Source: a virus
Taxonomy: Duplodnaviria; Caudoviricetes
Strand: one strand, 5' to 3'
DNA length: 64,000 bases
IMG/VR virus record: IMGVR_UViG_3300005805_000070
Location: 14,857-78,856 of that record
The notes below the pieces were generated by a model. It was given only the letters and a program-made list of their open reading frames with translations. It searched no databases and was not told the origin of the DNA. Positions 43,301 through 52,685 of the stretch are shown here, one piece after another. The translations under genes were made by a program, and so were the position numbers. Positions within the stretch are counted from its first letter, which is position 1. Each line of letters begins with the position of its first letter.

Positions 43301-45074
43301 CTGTAGTTAATCCTAAGGTCGTAACTCCACTAACACTTAATTGAGTTACTGAAGCAATGCCGCCAATAACATTAATCGATGTAGTTGCAGTCCCAAGAAG
43401 ATTGAAAGCATCAATTGCAGTTAATGCTGTGCCTACAAGATCTCCATAGAATAAAGATGCAGTTGCAACCCCACTTATAAAAAGTTGATTTGCACTTGCA
43501 ATCCCAAGTGTAGAGAAACCAGATACATTTAGATTTGTTATATCAGCAAATCCACCAATAACATCTATTGCTGTTGAAGCAATACCAACAAGATTGCCAT
43601 AGAAATCTTGTGCTGTAACTATTCCTACAAAGAAACCGTTATTTCCTACATCTAAATTATCACCAACATCCAAACTATTGCCAACATTTAAGAAGTTTGC
43701 AATATTCGCACTTCCACCAATGTTTAAATTCTTTTCAATGCCAACACCACCCTCTACAACTAAGGCACCAGTGTCTTTATCAATTGATTGAGTTACGCTC
43801 TCAACTTTTGTATCACCAGTAACTCTCAATATATCATCAATGATTGTAATTCCTGATGTGGAGTTTAGATTAAGATCTCCAATACTAGTATCAATAGTGT
43901 TATCGTTACCAACACCTATTCTTATATTACCAATATATGATTCACTAAATGGGAGTCCATTAATACCAAGATATGCCCCATATGCAGTATCTGGAATAAT
44001 TCCTGTAGCAAAAGTAACTTGCTGAGTAAATGTAGATATACCAGCAACGGTTAGATTTGTTAAAATATTAGTTTCATTTTCAGAAGAATTGAGAACCAAA
44101 TTGCCATTTGAAGTCGTAATGACATTTGGGTCGAATCCAACACCTAACTGAAGATCTGCAGCATATACACCTTTATCTGCATAAACTTCATTATTAAATG
44201 TTCCAACTCCAGCTACATTTAAATTCCCAGTTACATCAAGACTATCATCAATTAAAGTTAATCCGCCAATATAAGTTTCACCTTTAATCGAAGCACCAAG
44301 ACCAACTCTAAGTGAAGCTCCAATAATTGCTGCTCCACCAACATCAAGGTTTGTGGAAAATCTACCATCACCAATAACTTCTAATGAATATTGTGGGTTA
44401 TTGGTGTTAATACCAACGTTAGAAAATCTGTAAACGTTTAATCCATTGTAATCCCAATAATCTGTTACAAGGATATCAGCAATGTCTACATTTGATGGAT
44501 TTACAAAAGCCTCTACACTATCTATTGAGACTCCATTACTTCTTCCCGTTCTAAAATTTAATCCCCTATAAGAAGAAATTCCAAGTAAAATTCCATCATT
44601 GTAAACAAAAATACCCTGGTTAATTGATGGAGTAATAGTTGTCCATCTGATTCCATTGGAATCTTTTGATAGATAGGCACCAATAACACCATCATCATTA
44701 GAAGAATCGAAAATATCATTTTTAATTTTTATACTTCCACCAATATCCAGATTTTGTTCTGGATTTGTCGAACCAATGCCAACCTTACCAGTTAGACCAT
44801 CAGCATTAAATTTTGAAATTCCTCCTTTTGGTCCTACTGTAAATAATTCAGATACATTTAAAAGTCTAACTGCTAAACTATCATCAATCGTTACATCATT
44901 TTGGAAAAAAGCATTTCCTTGGAATGTTGCAATTCCAGAGACGTTAATATTATTGAACCTTGTCTGCTCTTCTTTTTCAAAGTCATAATATAATCTACCG
45001 TAAATATAAACGTCTTTATAAAAACGGGAATTTTCGTTGAAAAATGTTTCTTGACCAAAAGTAGATTCTGCCAT
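37338..45074 (-). CDS. very large tail-fibre/structural protein, 2578 aa
   Basis: 50-aa Gly/Thr/Val repeats, KTIYVSQTGNDNNTG...KRTIKAA beta-helix start, repeated helical and beta-barrel domains. Confidence 0.85.
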   Translation of the reverse strand: MAESTFGQETFFNENSRFYKDVYIYGRLYYDFEKEEQTRFNNINVSGIATFQGNAFFQNDVTIDDSLAVRLLNVSELFTVGPKGGISKFNADGLTGKVGIGSTNPEQNLDIGGSIKIKNDIFDSSNDDGVIGAYLSKDSNGIRWTTITPSINQGIFVYNDGILLGISSYRGLNFRTGRSNGVSIDSVEAFVNPSNVDIADILVTDYWDYNGLNVYRFSNVGINTNNPQYSLEVIGDGRFSTNLDVGGAAIIGASLRVGLGASIKGETYIGGLTLIDDSLDVTGNLNVAGVGTFNNEVYADKGVYAADLQLGVGFDPNVITTSNGNLVLNSSENETNILTNLTVAGISTFTQQVTFATGIIPDTAYGAYLGINGLPFSESYIGNIRIGVGNDNTIDTSIGDLNLNSTSGITIIDDILRVTGDTKVESVTQSIDKDTGALVVEGGVGIEKNLNIGGSANIANFLNVGNSLDVGDNLDVGNNGFFVGIVTAQDFYGNLVGIASTAIDVIGGFADITNLNVSGFSTLGIASANQLFISGVATASLFYGDLVGTALTAIDAFNLLGTATTSINVIGGIASVTQLSVSGVTTLGLTTASQLFVTGIATASQFYGNLVGIASTAIDVIGGIASVTQLSVSGVTTLGLTTASELFVTGIATAQQFYGDLVGTATTSIDVIGGVAYVSELTVSGVSTLTAVESSGINVSGVVTATEFVGNLAGTALTSINVIGGVADVVGLNVSGVSTLTATNATGINVSGVVTATNFVGNLAGTALTSVNVIGGIASVTSLSVSGVSTQNIINATSLSLTGVATASQFVGSLVGIASTSIDVIGGIASVTQLSVTGPSTVSTVEAVQVDATGLIIAGELESRNNVQANAYFGDGVNLVGIVTQLVPGIGVDITGTQNPGKGVVKVDAYRPVGKTIYVSQTGNDNNTGLAENYPKRTIKAAAAVAQFADTIKVFPGTYIEDNPIVLKKTVAVEGTELRNCVLTPRFPDRDFFYVNNGCHITDVSFIGQPMTNGAAIIALQALSGVATDRFFDGARMLRLNLDYIARESVGFLTSGFSGFAGSHREQDAARLIDNNLNYIAAEAVGFLTSPVGYGFTLSSGDYTNCKEDIVSVFTAVSNDLKANSNKKSIGAGYSYFNSSGGLIHITGIATQQATIAALDYAAGIATHVINNLTPTISYQSGVGSITQFKNPSVIQVSGGCVGVGTTVKQLVGIVTEMIGAASTSVAPGVRFGVTLESKDCSDDVKDVWKAVIFDITRGGNSKCVGAAKSYFDDNWNLIPQILKNPGEVDQTIATFDYSFNVARAVINNCTWGGYPVGLGTTVVDATYDFATGITTITAINHGLSVNNPVKIENLLFHCPENSPGISIGVVTAVYNEISGITSITTESPLPIQSGNRVKLENLVFECNSGGGPSTSYFPSGNYRYDFTVLDIIDSNTFTVNVGTSTLPHTYVTGGTAARVYTPKFGISTASYDASTGITTIVTVGLGTNTDPGMYIEPGKKVRIENLVWVCDSGGGPSTSYFPSGNNGYDFQVIATNDNRYVDASNLIQANKIEIMDKSLAAIAIAHSDFYFPNDVQTTRFSRYRDAYRLIQQNKTEIVNSAWNATVANYPSIGTTENKCKRDLGYFVDALSIDLFTGGNSYTIEFIKQYFNATTGNLISNGLQGEVTESNYAFAQARELMKQALTNQLTIKDLTITPDPLTNSNVNPSSCANVQAALNTLTEIVTNTLFYGTTTYLNGITINRGIFVAGENKCRRDIGYIVDALIKDLRFGTNKHIREAARAYFDANGSPISNGLVGEEAESITAFNAVRDYAKLAINNLLNKKDLTITPDPATGFNTDPASCADVRSNIDNLIGILTNTITNGNLSSFPTLYTSNKVKINVGVSSIAHNYVTGGELIANYTTNIFPDGTFGYVFPVKSVVGPNTFSFVGGKTVIPHAYLSGGTVQKYENFQKEFFQVKDLAMQADPLTGFNNAINSCQDVTSALRSCVGVVTTIVGLGSEAGITTSYPGNRGAGFERVAGVSTAYYDNTSGRTQVFCPNFYVKKGDVVEIRDLIFSCSSNGITTSTQAFPSGANGYEFYVEKLYPDGSFDIYVGVSTIPHIYEYGGYVVNRAFDVFNAQYDHITGLTTVTAPGIRVRKGDFMTLYNLEFACSSGAGTTTIYPTGNEGYAFEVLKTPGIDEFTVRVGASTIPHTYVAGGVVYPPFSKGVGPITQGPYIRNATNFIQDSIGMKVDGFNAEPGDETDIGVTGTMSVDSYTQYNQGGIGVSITNGAYSQLVSIFTICDDIAIYTSSGGQCDITNSNASFGNYGLYSNGVGDSNTKSIYRYTGEIVQEAELEQDVIVVTGIGSQRPYDGQALYFGDLFYSVQSVKVNDGGSGYTTPPNVTLSAPEGPNGITAEAVSNIDETGRVVSVDVISTGNQYLNPPIVTFTGGGGVGAAATSIMSPIYYTIESATLPSAGISTIVLNTNLNNTLGAGTTVYFSRLSLQIATSISLEWVGAGTNIFTAKPALGGVTIQENEVTKVNGGQVVYTSTNQAGNFQIGDDIVINQLTGTISGRAFSQSLLNTVTPLILGLSR

Positions 45075-45075
45075 A

Positions 45076-45630
45076 TTAGAAAAGTTTCAAAGCTCCGCCT
45101 GTTAATTCCCCAATAATATCTGCACCCACATAAGTTCCAGCAAAAACTTGCTCTAAAAATGTAGATCCTTTTGGTGCAAGATTTCCCGTTAAAGCATCAC
45201 ACGATGCTTCATTTCCTTGTATTAGAAATCTTCCACCAGTCTTTATTTTTACATCCTTACCAGCATTTAAATTGATATCTTCATCAGCATCAATTGCAAT
45301 TTTACTTCCCCTAATTCTAACCTGCCCATTTTTTTCTGCTGTTATACAAATATCACCATTTCTACCAACAATGGTGATATCAACACCAGTTGATTTCGAT
45401 TTTTGACCAGCAATGATTTCAATCGATTGGTCATTATAGATTTTATACAGTCCCCCTTCACTTAAACCAGTAATACAAACATCTTTGTTATCAGTAACCG
45501 CATATAAGTTATAAATGTCAGTACCATTTGCCCCCATAGAGGGATTATTCATGTCCAACCTAAATTTTGGACCAAAAGATTGTATACTTCTTTGATGCCA
45601 ATTTTGTTTTGATAGGGGTCTTTGTGCCAT
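45076..45630 (-). CDS. gp5-associated baseplate spike-like protein, 184 aa
   Basis: Adjacent to gp5; repeated I.I.A...I.L.AG beta-strand pattern. Confidence 0.6.
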   Translation of the reverse strand: MAQRPLSKQNWHQRSIQSFGPKFRLDMNNPSMGANGTDIYNLYAVTDNKDVCITGLSEGGLYKIYNDQSIEIIAGQKSKSTGVDITIVGRNGDICITAEKNGQVRIRGSKIAIDADEDINLNAGKDVKIKTGGRFLIQGNEASCDALTGNLAPKGSTFLEQVFAGTYVGADIIGELTGGALKLF

Positions 45631-47640
45631 TTATTTCGTAATACAATCGATAACTTGTTTGATATCTCCTTGGGGTTTTGTATCAAGATTTGGTTTAAGT
45701 ATTGCCCCAGTTCCAGTTGCACTTAACACTGTAAGTACTGGAGAATCATTTAGATCTACAGTATTTATTGGAGTAACTTTAATGATAGAACCATTAAAGA
45801 TTTGAGCACTATAAGTATTTCCAAGATTATCAATTACACTATCCCCATCACCATATCCACTACCAGGATCAATAACATCAACACCTGTTACAACATACGA
45901 ATCAACATCTCCAACTGGATAATTTTCTCCTTCAGAAATTAGGTAAATTGCAACTACTTTTCCATTATCATCAATAATAGATCTTGCAACCGCGCCATAT
46001 CCTTGATTGCAATTATCAACAATTTCAACAAATGGTGGGAACTCGTAACCAGATCCAGAATTAGTTACTCTTATTCCAATTAAACTACCAGTTCTATTTC
46101 TACCTGTTCCAACGATAGCACCTAATAATGGAATCGCAGTACATCCTTCTCCACCCCCACCAAAGATATTAATAGTTGGTGGACTACAAACTAATGGCGG
46201 TCCAGTGTAGCATCCACCAAGAGGACTAGTGGTTTTTGGATTTTTAGTTCCAGAATTAAATATATCAAATCCCGAAGTTAAGCTAGAAGCAGCATTGGCG
46301 GCAGAAGATGCTAACGATGCTGCAGTGTTAGCACTTTTGAGAATCTCAGAAAAAGGTGTTGGTGGAACATTTTTTGGACCAGACCCAATAACCCATTGAG
46401 AAACTCCCCCTCCACCTGATTTTGAAGCAGATTGACCACAATTTAGGGCATCTGAAATACCAGCGATTCCTCCAATCCCAGATCTTAATGTATTTCCAAC
46501 ACTAAATCCACCAAAGAATTTTAAAATATTTTGAACTCCACCGATTGCTGAAGATAATCCACTTGAAATCTTTCCAATAATATCATTAATCATTGATCCA
46601 ACAAATTGATTTGCGGCACACGTAACAAAGTTTGAAACATTATCAACCAGTGATTTCAAGATAGATTTAACAACATTACCTAATCCACCAATAATTGAAT
46701 TTGTTATACAGGGTATTGTTCCTTCCAATGCTTTTACAGGAGGAACCATTGCAGTTTGTGCAGCAACACCAGCTAAATGAGCAGCTGCTGGATTTGCTGT
46801 AGCAGCAAGAACAATTGCATAAACTTGCTTGTAAAGAAGTTGCAACCCTTTATTTAATAGTGGAGCGATCTTTTTGAAAAGATCATTTACCATTCCACCA
46901 ACCAACCCACTTGCAATACCTTGAATTTTTGTGGTTACTCTATCAATTTCTCTATTGATAACTCCTTTAACATAATCAACAGAATTTGAAATATTTGTAG
47001 TTAAATTTTGAACAGTGTTTATTAAACTACTAACTTCAGATCCAATTTTATTCACTGCAGAAGGTGCGGTGCTTGCCAACTGTACTGTATCACCAATGGC
47101 ACTAAAATATGAAATTTCACCTTGCCCTAAAGATGATGCTTGTTTTGGTGAAACGTGTCGTGGTGATTTTTGAGAATCTGCATTCTGCTCATTTGATTCA
47201 CCTTTCTTCAAAGTTCCATTTGGTGCTTTTATTTTATCAGTGTAACCAGTAAAAGCTTGGAATGGATTTGCATAATCTTTTGATGGAACTTGGGAAGTTC
47301 TACCAAAGGTTCCCATAATAACTGGCAATTGTGCATTATCACCATCTAAGAAAAATCCAAATACAACATCTCCTGGTTGCAATTTAACGTCTGTTGCCAC
47401 GTTTGCTGCACCAGACCCAGCGGTTGTGGGAATCAAGCATTGTGCATATGGCAGATCTTCATTTGGTAAATCTACTTCACTATATGGATGATATCCCATA
47501 ATGCGAACTTTATATCTATTCCCCCACCCAGATCCAGATGCTTGCCCTCCCTGAGATCCTATAGGTGGAATTTGACCGATCCACCAACGAAACCCGTCTC
47601 TTCCTAAAAAATTACTTTTAAGCAGCGATTCATCAATCAT
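45631..47640 (-). CDS. gp5: baseplate hub subunit gp5 (OB-fold N-terminus; no lysozyme domain seen)
   Basis: GFRWWIGQI, RYKVRIMGYH, LQPGDVVFGFFLDGDNAQLPVIMG. Confidence 0.85.
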   Translation of the reverse strand: MIDESLLKSNFLGRDGFRWWIGQIPPIGSQGGQASGSGWGNRYKVRIMGYHPYSEVDLPNEDLPYAQCLIPTTAGSGAANVATDVKLQPGDVVFGFFLDGDNAQLPVIMGTFGRTSQVPSKDYANPFQAFTGYTDKIKAPNGTLKKGESNEQNADSQKSPRHVSPKQASSLGQGEISYFSAIGDTVQLASTAPSAVNKIGSEVSSLINTVQNLTTNISNSVDYVKGVINREIDRVTTKIQGIASGLVGGMVNDLFKKIAPLLNKGLQLLYKQVYAIVLAATANPAAAHLAGVAAQTAMVPPVKALEGTIPCITNSIIGGLGNVVKSILKSLVDNVSNFVTCAANQFVGSMINDIIGKISSGLSSAIGGVQNILKFFGGFSVGNTLRSGIGGIAGISDALNCGQSASKSGGGGVSQWVIGSGPKNVPPTPFSEILKSANTAASLASSAANAASSLTSGFDIFNSGTKNPKTTSPLGGCYTGPPLVCSPPTINIFGGGGEGCTAIPLLGAIVGTGRNRTGSLIGIRVTNSGSGYEFPPFVEIVDNCNQGYGAVARSIIDDNGKVVAIYLISEGENYPVGDVDSYVVTGVDVIDPGSGYGDGDSVIDNLGNTYSAQIFNGSIIKVTPINTVDLNDSPVLTVLSATGTGAILKPNLDTKPQGDIKQVIDCITK

Positions 47641-48989
47641 TTACTCTCTCTTGCCTCTACGTTTTGCCCAAAAGTATCACGAACTAATTTCAACGAAGTA
47701 TATGAATTTTCAGTGTCAAAATGATGACACAATTCCTTTATCATATATAGACCGCTTTGCTCCTTGTCGAATTCTTTTGCATCTGATCTAGAGACTCTGG
47801 GAAATTGACATTCAATAATATCACCTGCTCTCAAATTAGTATTTAATGGGACCATCATATTAAGAGTTTGTGTGAATAATGTGTTGTATCTCATCAATAC
47901 CTGAGATTGGTATTTAAATGGATCGCCGTTTGTATCAAAAGAAACATCTTTTTCTAAAGTTCCTACATCCAGGCATTGTGTAATAATCCTCGTTGGTACA
48001 TTACCCAAATCAACGTTCGCACTATTTGAAATTTTTGGAAGAACTATTTCTTGTCCTAATGTTTTACTTTTACCCTGATAGTCTTCTAACTTAAAAACTC
48101 CAAGTTTTTCATTTGTAAATTCAAAAGTTAATGGGTTGAAAAACATCCTGTAACTACAATATGTTCCCAATCTTAACTTCTCTATAAGATTTTGATTTTT
48201 CTCAGTTGAGTAGTTTAAAATTTTAAAATCGTTATTTGCTTTTTTATCCTTCTCATCGTATGATTGTTGAACTTCACTGTAAATATAAACTGCTTTTGGT
48301 TCTTGAAGTATTAATTTATCAATCGATCTAAATTGAAATCCATCTCGATTTTGAAAGAAAACAAATCCAGCACTAGCATCTTTAGAAATATCTGGAACTG
48401 CTTTTGATGCTAACCAAATTAGAACAGTAAATGGTTTTCTCTGATTACCAATAAAAGAATATGAATTTAAAGAAGGATCTATTGTGCCTATTTTTTCTGT
48501 CTTTAACACATCTTTTAATATTAACCTGATCGATTCTGATATTGGTGCTTTTTTATACTTCTTTACAACTCTTGAAGTCTCATTTGTAATTGCTTCTCTT
48601 GAAGTTAAGTGAAGAGTAAAACTTTCTCTTTGTGCTTCAGAAATAACATCTGTAATACTAGAAACATAAAAATAATCTCTTTGATTTTCAGAAAAATCAA
48701 ATGCTTGATTTGATTTACTATTAGCAGAGATTTTTAAAGCAACTCTTTCTCCACCTCTCAAAGGAAGACCATTATAAATGGACATTTTAGTACCATCTGC
48801 ATTCCCTTCGGAGTTTGGTGCAGATACGGTATTTCCAGTATTGATGACTTTAATTTTAGCAGTAACTGTGGGAGAGAATATATCTTCATAATATTCAACC
48901 GCAACAGTTCCACCCCTAATGTCAACTGTTCTTTTTTGATCATTAGATTCAACAAATAATGTTTCTATAACCGACTTTTTTATTGACAT
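47637..48989 (-). CDS. putative baseplate hub protein (gp27-like), 450 aa
   Basis: Directly upstream of gp5; YYEDIFSPT, FVFFQNRDGFQFRSIDKL, LRAGDII. Confidence 0.6.
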   Translation of the reverse strand: MSIKKSVIETLFVESNDQKRTVDIRGGTVAVEYYEDIFSPTVTAKIKVINTGNTVSAPNSEGNADGTKMSIYNGLPLRGGERVALKISANSKSNQAFDFSENQRDYFYVSSITDVISEAQRESFTLHLTSREAITNETSRVVKKYKKAPISESIRLILKDVLKTEKIGTIDPSLNSYSFIGNQRKPFTVLIWLASKAVPDISKDASAGFVFFQNRDGFQFRSIDKLILQEPKAVYIYSEVQQSYDEKDKKANNDFKILNYSTEKNQNLIEKLRLGTYCSYRMFFNPLTFEFTNEKLGVFKLEDYQGKSKTLGQEIVLPKISNSANVDLGNVPTRIITQCLDVGTLEKDVSFDTNGDPFKYQSQVLMRYNTLFTQTLNMMVPLNTNLRAGDIIECQFPRVSRSDAKEFDKEQSGLYMIKELCHHFDTENSYTSLKLVRDTFGQNVEARESK

Positions 48990-50890
48990 CAGAGATATGC
49001 TAGGTCTAAAAGTAATTTTTTCTTGATAAAGGTATTTAACACTTCACCTTCAGGCATCTCAATCATTTGTGGTTGAGATTGACCTCCACCATAAACAACA
49101 CTTGGTTCTGTAGCTTGTCTATCATCAATAAAGATCATTTTTCTTCCTTTTCTTTCTGGTGTAACTTCTTGTGCAATTTGTTGCCCAGTTGGAGAAGGTG
49201 TAGAAATTTGTGCAGATGGTATTGAAGTTTGTTGTCCTATAGCAGGTTTAGTAAATGACCCTTGATTGGGAGATCCTGTGAGTAATAATGCATTTACATA
49301 AGCACCAGGATTTCCAGATCCACCATAAGCACTACTACCTTTTTGAGTGGAGTATTCAAAGTGAATGTGGGGACCAGAAGATCTTCCTGTAGATCCAACT
49401 CTTGCAAAGGATGTTCCTGCTTTAATCTTTCCAGATCTAATTAGGATTGAACTTAAGTGGGCAAGTCTTAATTGAACTCCTAATTCAGGAACCCAAACAT
49501 CCATAAGATTTCCATAATCACCGTAAGGTCCAGCAGCAACAACCTCACAATCATATCTTAGAGCAATATAAGTACCGTTAGGTGCGGCAATATCTATTCC
49601 TTTATGAGTTCCACCTCTAGCACCATATGAATCTGTGATTTCAACATAACTGACACCTCTTCCTATAGTTTTAGTTAAAACATCACCAGATCTATATGTT
49701 CTTCCAGGTTGAATAGGAAGTTGAGAGACTGGTCCTGGTTGACCTGGTTGACTTTGTTGACCAATTAATGCTGGACCTGGTCCTTCTTTTTGAAGAAACT
49801 GATATGCTGTTTGAGAATACTCCCAACGTGCTCCGAGATCACCCCATCCAATGTATGCCTTTGATGCTCTTTTAAGTTCATCATCTGTAGCACTTGGATT
49901 CATAAAAACTTTAAGCAATCCATACTGTTTTAACTCTTCTTTAATCCAATCTATTTGTTCACCAGCACTTGCTTTCTCTAATGGTTTACCTAAGAATTTT
50001 TCAGCATTAGTAATTCTACTTCTATTCCAACTAATTAATCCTTTATTAGTTCCAGCACCATCACTTAAAACCCAAGGTTTTCTTTTTGCATCCCATCCAG
50101 ATTCTTGTTGAATATTTCCCGCCAAATATGCAGCACCTTTAGCAGGAAATCCCTTTTGCATTAAAAGTCTCGAACCCGTTTTCAAGTCTTTTGCTTCAGC
50201 ACCACCACCTCCAGAATATTCTGTAGGACCATATAAATCACTATCTTCTTGAGTTCCAGTTCCAGGAGCATTTTCTCCCAGTGGGGAAGATAGCATTTTA
50301 TAACCTTCTTCGATCTGGATACCCATCTGTTCCATTGCTGAATACAGTTCTGAGAAAGATGACTCAACTCTTCTTGAACTATCAAATAAATCAAATTGTA
50401 ATAAATTTTGCCCCATTGCACCCAATACATTCCCAAAAGAAGAAATTGCATCGTACATATTTTTGAAAATATTATTCATTATCTCAGCAGTTCTTTTAAC
50501 TCTCTGAACAAATTCTGTTCCTAGTGCAATCCAAGTTGGAAGATTTTCTAATAACCAACCTGCTGTAATATATCCAATGGCATCCAAAATACGACCTAGG
50601 AAACCTTTTGTACTTGCTTGAATTGATCTAAATGCAACTGCTCCTGGATTATTTTGAGCGATAGATCCTAGTTCCAATTCCTCTTCTATTTGTTGCCTCT
50701 TCGAATTCTCCAATCTTCTTGCTCTCAATACACTATTTCTAGAAAAAATAGAAGACTGAACTTTTGATTGAGTTAGCACTACTGTTTCAACTTTTTTAGC
50801 AGTCTGAGATGCACTATCAACCCCTCTTTGAGTTGAACCCAAACTAGATCTAATAGTGTCTACATTAATCCCAGATGAAATTACTGCCAT
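48989..50890 (-). CDS. tail-associated protein with phage lysozyme-like and peptidase M23 domains, 633 aa
   Basis: GAAYLAGNIQQESG...GLISW; HKGID...LAHLS...GSTGRSSGPHIHFE. Confidence 0.8.
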   Translation of the reverse strand: MAVISSGINVDTIRSSLGSTQRGVDSASQTAKKVETVVLTQSKVQSSIFSRNSVLRARRLENSKRQQIEEELELGSIAQNNPGAVAFRSIQASTKGFLGRILDAIGYITAGWLLENLPTWIALGTEFVQRVKRTAEIMNNIFKNMYDAISSFGNVLGAMGQNLLQFDLFDSSRRVESSFSELYSAMEQMGIQIEEGYKMLSSPLGENAPGTGTQEDSDLYGPTEYSGGGGAEAKDLKTGSRLLMQKGFPAKGAAYLAGNIQQESGWDAKRKPWVLSDGAGTNKGLISWNRSRITNAEKFLGKPLEKASAGEQIDWIKEELKQYGLLKVFMNPSATDDELKRASKAYIGWGDLGARWEYSQTAYQFLQKEGPGPALIGQQSQPGQPGPVSQLPIQPGRTYRSGDVLTKTIGRGVSYVEITDSYGARGGTHKGIDIAAPNGTYIALRYDCEVVAAGPYGDYGNLMDVWVPELGVQLRLAHLSSILIRSGKIKAGTSFARVGSTGRSSGPHIHFEYSTQKGSSAYGGSGNPGAYVNALLLTGSPNQGSFTKPAIGQQTSIPSAQISTPSPTGQQIAQEVTPERKGRKMIFIDDRQATEPSVVYGGGQSQPQMIEMPEGEVLNTFIKKKLLLDLAYL

Positions 50891-50891
50891 A

Positions 50892-52517
50892 TTATGTTAC
50901 CACATTGTATTGTAATTGTGAGTACATAACATAAAAATTATCTGGATTCGAAGATTTAATTAAAGGAACATCAGTTGAAGGTCCAGGATCAACTGGTATA
51001 TCTTGTTGCTGCTGTGCAGATCCAGTTTGTGCCATAATTATATCTGGTTTTGGTTCTGGTAAAGGACCAACTTGAAGTTGCTGTTTTGGTGGTGCTTGTG
51101 TTTGTGCAGTTGATGGAGTTGCTCTAATTTTTGGTGGTTCTTTTCCTGTCTCTGGTGAAGTTGCAGGCGATATCATAGAACTCATATCAACCATTCCATA
51201 TTCTGGTTTCTTAGAAAAATCAACCAGATTCATATCAGAAGAAAATGCTTTTGATGTATCAATATTCAAGGTCATTTCTGAAGATTGTGGTGCCATTGGC
51301 GTTTGGGGAACCACAGGTGGAGATTGCATTTGTTGAGTTGAAGAACTCATTGATGCTGGAGGAGTTAATGCTACCGAAACATTAGGTGAGACACTTGGTG
51401 TAGCTGCAGGTGCAGCAGAAACTGGTGCTGGTGCCGCTGCTGGAGATTTTGATCCCATTGCGGTCTGTTGTGGTTGAACAGTTGGAGTTGGTGTTGTAGC
51501 AGCACTTGTCTGACCCTTTTCTGGAATGACACCTTTCCCAAATAAATCTAACGCCTGTTCTGTCCAAAAAGCACCTTTTGCAATCTTTCCAGGAAGACCA
51601 GGGAGAAATGCAGCTGCACCTAGCCCTGCCTCCCACCAATTTCCTTGAGCACCTTCAACAATACTCTGTAAACCTGTTCCCAATCCCCCTGCTGGACCGC
51701 TACGTGGTTTTCCTCCAGAGGGTTTAGTTCCAGGTGCTGATCCAGGTTTTGATCCACCACCTACAACAGACCTTACAGCTGCTCCAGCTGCTTGGAAGGG
51801 TTTTAATACAATAGATCCTAATAATCCAGTAACTCTACCAGTGATGCCAGTAACTGCTCTAAGGATTCCCCCAATACCAAATCTAAGAGCAGAAATTGCT
51901 GTTATACCATACCCAATATTCTTAAGAATATTATTTTTAATCTCTTCTAATTTTTTAGTATTTCCCTCTTCAAGTGCTCTAAGAGTTTCTACTCCTTGGT
52001 TAGTTAACCACCCTAAGAACAAATATCCTAAGGATTCTTTAATCCTATCAAAAATAGAAGTTAATTTTGGTGCCAGTTGTTGAACTGGTTGTGTTGCCTT
52101 TGTTTGTATTCTTCTTTCTAACTCTCCTTCTTTTCCTGCTCTAATATTTTGCTCTTCTAATCTCCTATCTGCTTCTTGCTCTTGAAGGAGTCTAGCGTTT
52201 TCTTGTTGACTTGTTGTTTGTATTGCATTTGCAATACCATTTAATCCAGCATTTAATCCAATTATATCTGTTTTGATTGAAATAACTTGCTGCTGAATCG
52301 CAACCAAAGATTCTTGATTGCTTTTTACAATAGCTAAACTTTCACTATTATTGCTATTTCTGTTTATTGGTACTAAAGCACCCCCACCACCAAAAACAGA
52401 TGATGAAGTAATAGAACTACGTCTAAAAAGTGCTTTACGAACTTCTGAAGACAAGGGAGATCCTGTAACAGGGTCAACACCCGATTGAGCGATTGCTACA
52501 GGATCCATTTCAGCCAT
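50892..52517 (-). CDS. tape-measure / hub (gp29-like) protein, 541 aa
   Basis: Downstream of gp51; coiled-coil then Pro/Ser/Thr/Gln-rich; C-terminal DNFYVMYSQLQYNVV. Confidence 0.55.
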   Translation of the reverse strand: MAEMDPVAIAQSGVDPVTGSPLSSEVRKALFRRSSITSSSVFGGGGALVPINRNSNNSESLAIVKSNQESLVAIQQQVISIKTDIIGLNAGLNGIANAIQTTSQQENARLLQEQEADRRLEEQNIRAGKEGELERRIQTKATQPVQQLAPKLTSIFDRIKESLGYLFLGWLTNQGVETLRALEEGNTKKLEEIKNNILKNIGYGITAISALRFGIGGILRAVTGITGRVTGLLGSIVLKPFQAAGAAVRSVVGGGSKPGSAPGTKPSGGKPRSGPAGGLGTGLQSIVEGAQGNWWEAGLGAAAFLPGLPGKIAKGAFWTEQALDLFGKGVIPEKGQTSAATTPTPTVQPQQTAMGSKSPAAAPAPVSAAPAATPSVSPNVSVALTPPASMSSSTQQMQSPPVVPQTPMAPQSSEMTLNIDTSKAFSSDMNLVDFSKKPEYGMVDMSSMISPATSPETGKEPPKIRATPSTAQTQAPPKQQLQVGPLPEPKPDIIMAQTGSAQQQQDIPVDPGPSTDVPLIKSSNPDNFYVMYSQLQYNVVT

Positions 52518-52683
52518 TTGCGCCGTTCTTTAGATTTTCTTCTTCAATATACTGATGGAGAAGTGAAAGATATACTTCCCTTTCCCAAGGAATCATATTT
52601 TCTAATTCTGTCAAGCTATATTTATGATGCTGAACGAGAGCAAAATTTGTCTTATAATATGACGCAAGATCTTCATGCGCCAT
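52510..52683 (-). CDS. gp51: baseplate hub assembly catalyst
   Basis: Manual translation MAHEDLASYYKTNFALVQHHKYSLTELENMIPWEREVYLSLL...; follows gp26. Confidence 0.85.
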   Translation of the reverse strand: MAHEDLASYYKTNFALVQHHKYSLTELENMIPWEREVYLSLLHQYIEEENLKNGANG

Positions 52684-52685
52684 AC

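Noticed and set aside
18333-45074. Diversity-generating retroelement acting on fibres
   Set aside because: No reverse transcriptase in the window and no template/variable repeat pair with adenine-specific mismatches seen; internal repeats are in-frame domain duplications.
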